Of a stretch of DNA of 32,000 bases, positions 31,026-32,000 are shown in pieces. The position numbers and the translations under genes are program-made. The stretch is taken from contig NZ_AP013028.1 in NCBI RefSeq assembly GCF_000829315.1, positions 1,200,001 to 1,232,000 of the forward strand, written 5' to 3'. Origin of the DNA: Wolbachia endosymbiont of Cimex lectularius. GTDB taxonomy: Bacteria > Pseudomonadota > Alphaproteobacteria > Rickettsiales > Anaplasmataceae. The notes under the pieces are model-generated. The model saw only the letters and a program-made list of their open reading frames with translations, had not been told where the DNA came from and ran no database searches. Position 1 is the first letter of the stretch, and each line of letters opens with the position of its first letter.

Positions 31026-31551
31026 TGGTCAATATCTATTTTAATAACTTGGCGTTAATGTTCTATACGTTTGACAAGTAGCTGACCTTGGGGTTGTAAA
31101 TACCCATAATTTATGATAAGGGAAACGTCAAAACTTGTCAAGCAATTTTTTTGTGAAAAAAATGAGATTGGTTAAATTTTTAACTAATTTTAAAAAAAGA
31201 CAAAAAAAACCCTGCAACGTGAGTTGTTTACTGTTCTCTCAAAAACTTGGCGTCCGGTTCTCTCTTACACCGCTTAATAAGCGAGGTCCAGCTAATGTAG
31301 ACAAAAAATTATAAAGACATGCAGTGTCCATGCTGCAAAAATAAAACATAACACGCCTTGTTTTATACTGTGCTTTTGTCACTTAATACAAGATTAAAGA
31401 TAAATTTTAGGCCTAAAACACCCACAATTCTATTGCAAGGGGACTGGCGCAGGTTGTCAAGTAGTTTTTTTATGTCGGAACTCTTGAACAAGTTTTTGTT
31501 CCTCATGAGTAAATTAATGCTATTCTTTTATTACTGGTCTGAAGTTTTTTT

Positions 31552-32000
31552 ATGTTCATACACTTGCGTGTTCACAGTGTTTATTCACTGCTTGAGAGTT
31601 CGGTCAAAATTGAGGAGCTGAGTAGCCTTTGTTTGCGGAATAAAATGCCAGCAGTTGCGATAACTGATTCAGGTAACTTATTTGGCTCACTCGAGTTTGC
31701 AGAATATGCGGCAAGTAGAGGAATACAGCTAATAATAGGATGCAATATTATAGTTCGACGCTCAGAGCAAAATCTACCCATATTATTGCTTGCAAAAAAC
31801 GAGCGAGGGTACGCTAATTTGGTCACTTTGGTGAGTGAGTCCTTTAGAAAGCGCGAAAATAGCAACGATATTCCTTACGTTGATTTTAATGAGCTATTAA
31901 GTTTAAGTTCAGGCCTAATCGCCTTAACCGGTGGATATGACGGCATATTGGCTCAACTGTTGTTGAAGCAAGATAAAGAAACGATAAAAAGACTACTCTT
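31552..32000 (+). CDS. dnaE: DNA polymerase III subunit alpha, N-terminal PHP-domain part (partial, continues beyond the window)
   Basis: Translation MFIHLRVHSVYSLLESSVKIEELSSLCLRNKMPAVAITDSGNLFGSLEFAEYAASRGIQLIIGCNI...PILLLAKNERGYANLVTLVS...GLIALTGGYDG matches the DnaE N-terminus. Absent from the ORF track because it is open at the window end. Confidence 0.93.
   Translation, partial: MFIHLRVHSVYSLLESSVKIEELSSLCLRNKMPAVAITDSGNLFGSLEFAEYAASRGIQLIIGCNIIVRRSEQNLPILLLAKNERGYANLVTLVSESFRKRENSNDIPYVDFNELLSLSSGLIALTGGYDGILAQLLLKQDKETIKRLL

Noticed and set aside
31358-31865. ORFs 31358-31621 (plus) and 31581-31865 (minus)
   Set aside because: Both conflict with the DnaE N-terminus starting at 31552, which has clear family motifs.

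Overview
This 32 kb window is alphaproteobacterial, Rickettsiales-type, and most consistent with a Wolbachia chromosome. That attribution is inferred from the gene set, AT-rich composition, IS5-family elements, ankyrin genes and palindromic repeats. Core genes: mreB, pal, tilS, ftsH, secA, nrdB, bamE-like, miaB, ileS, alaS and the 5' end of dnaE, which runs off the window and is missing from the ORF track. Accessory content includes three full-length, near-identical IS5-family elements of about 860 bp. Each has an 18-bp perfect terminal repeat GAACCTGTTTAAAATCTT and TNA target duplications. A fourth 200-bp fragment is also present. Other accessory features are an ankyrin gene with a frameshift, coiled-coil and membrane hypotheticals, dispersed intergenic repeats, and palindromic elements in intergenic DNA and in-frame inside ileS (two sites) and alaS (one site). 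The most notable locus is 7863-10919 (minus strand). Read across one in-frame stop, two frameshifts and an IS insertion, it reconstructs an NLR/STAND-like protein: PD-(D/E)XK-like nuclease domain, then NB-ARC NTPase, then a helical/TPR-type start. Its 3' end is cut off by another IS copy. In silico removal of the internal IS plus one TSD restores the reading frame exactly. This looks like a decayed bacterial NLR-type (possibly anti-phage or host-interaction) gene. Its function is an inference.
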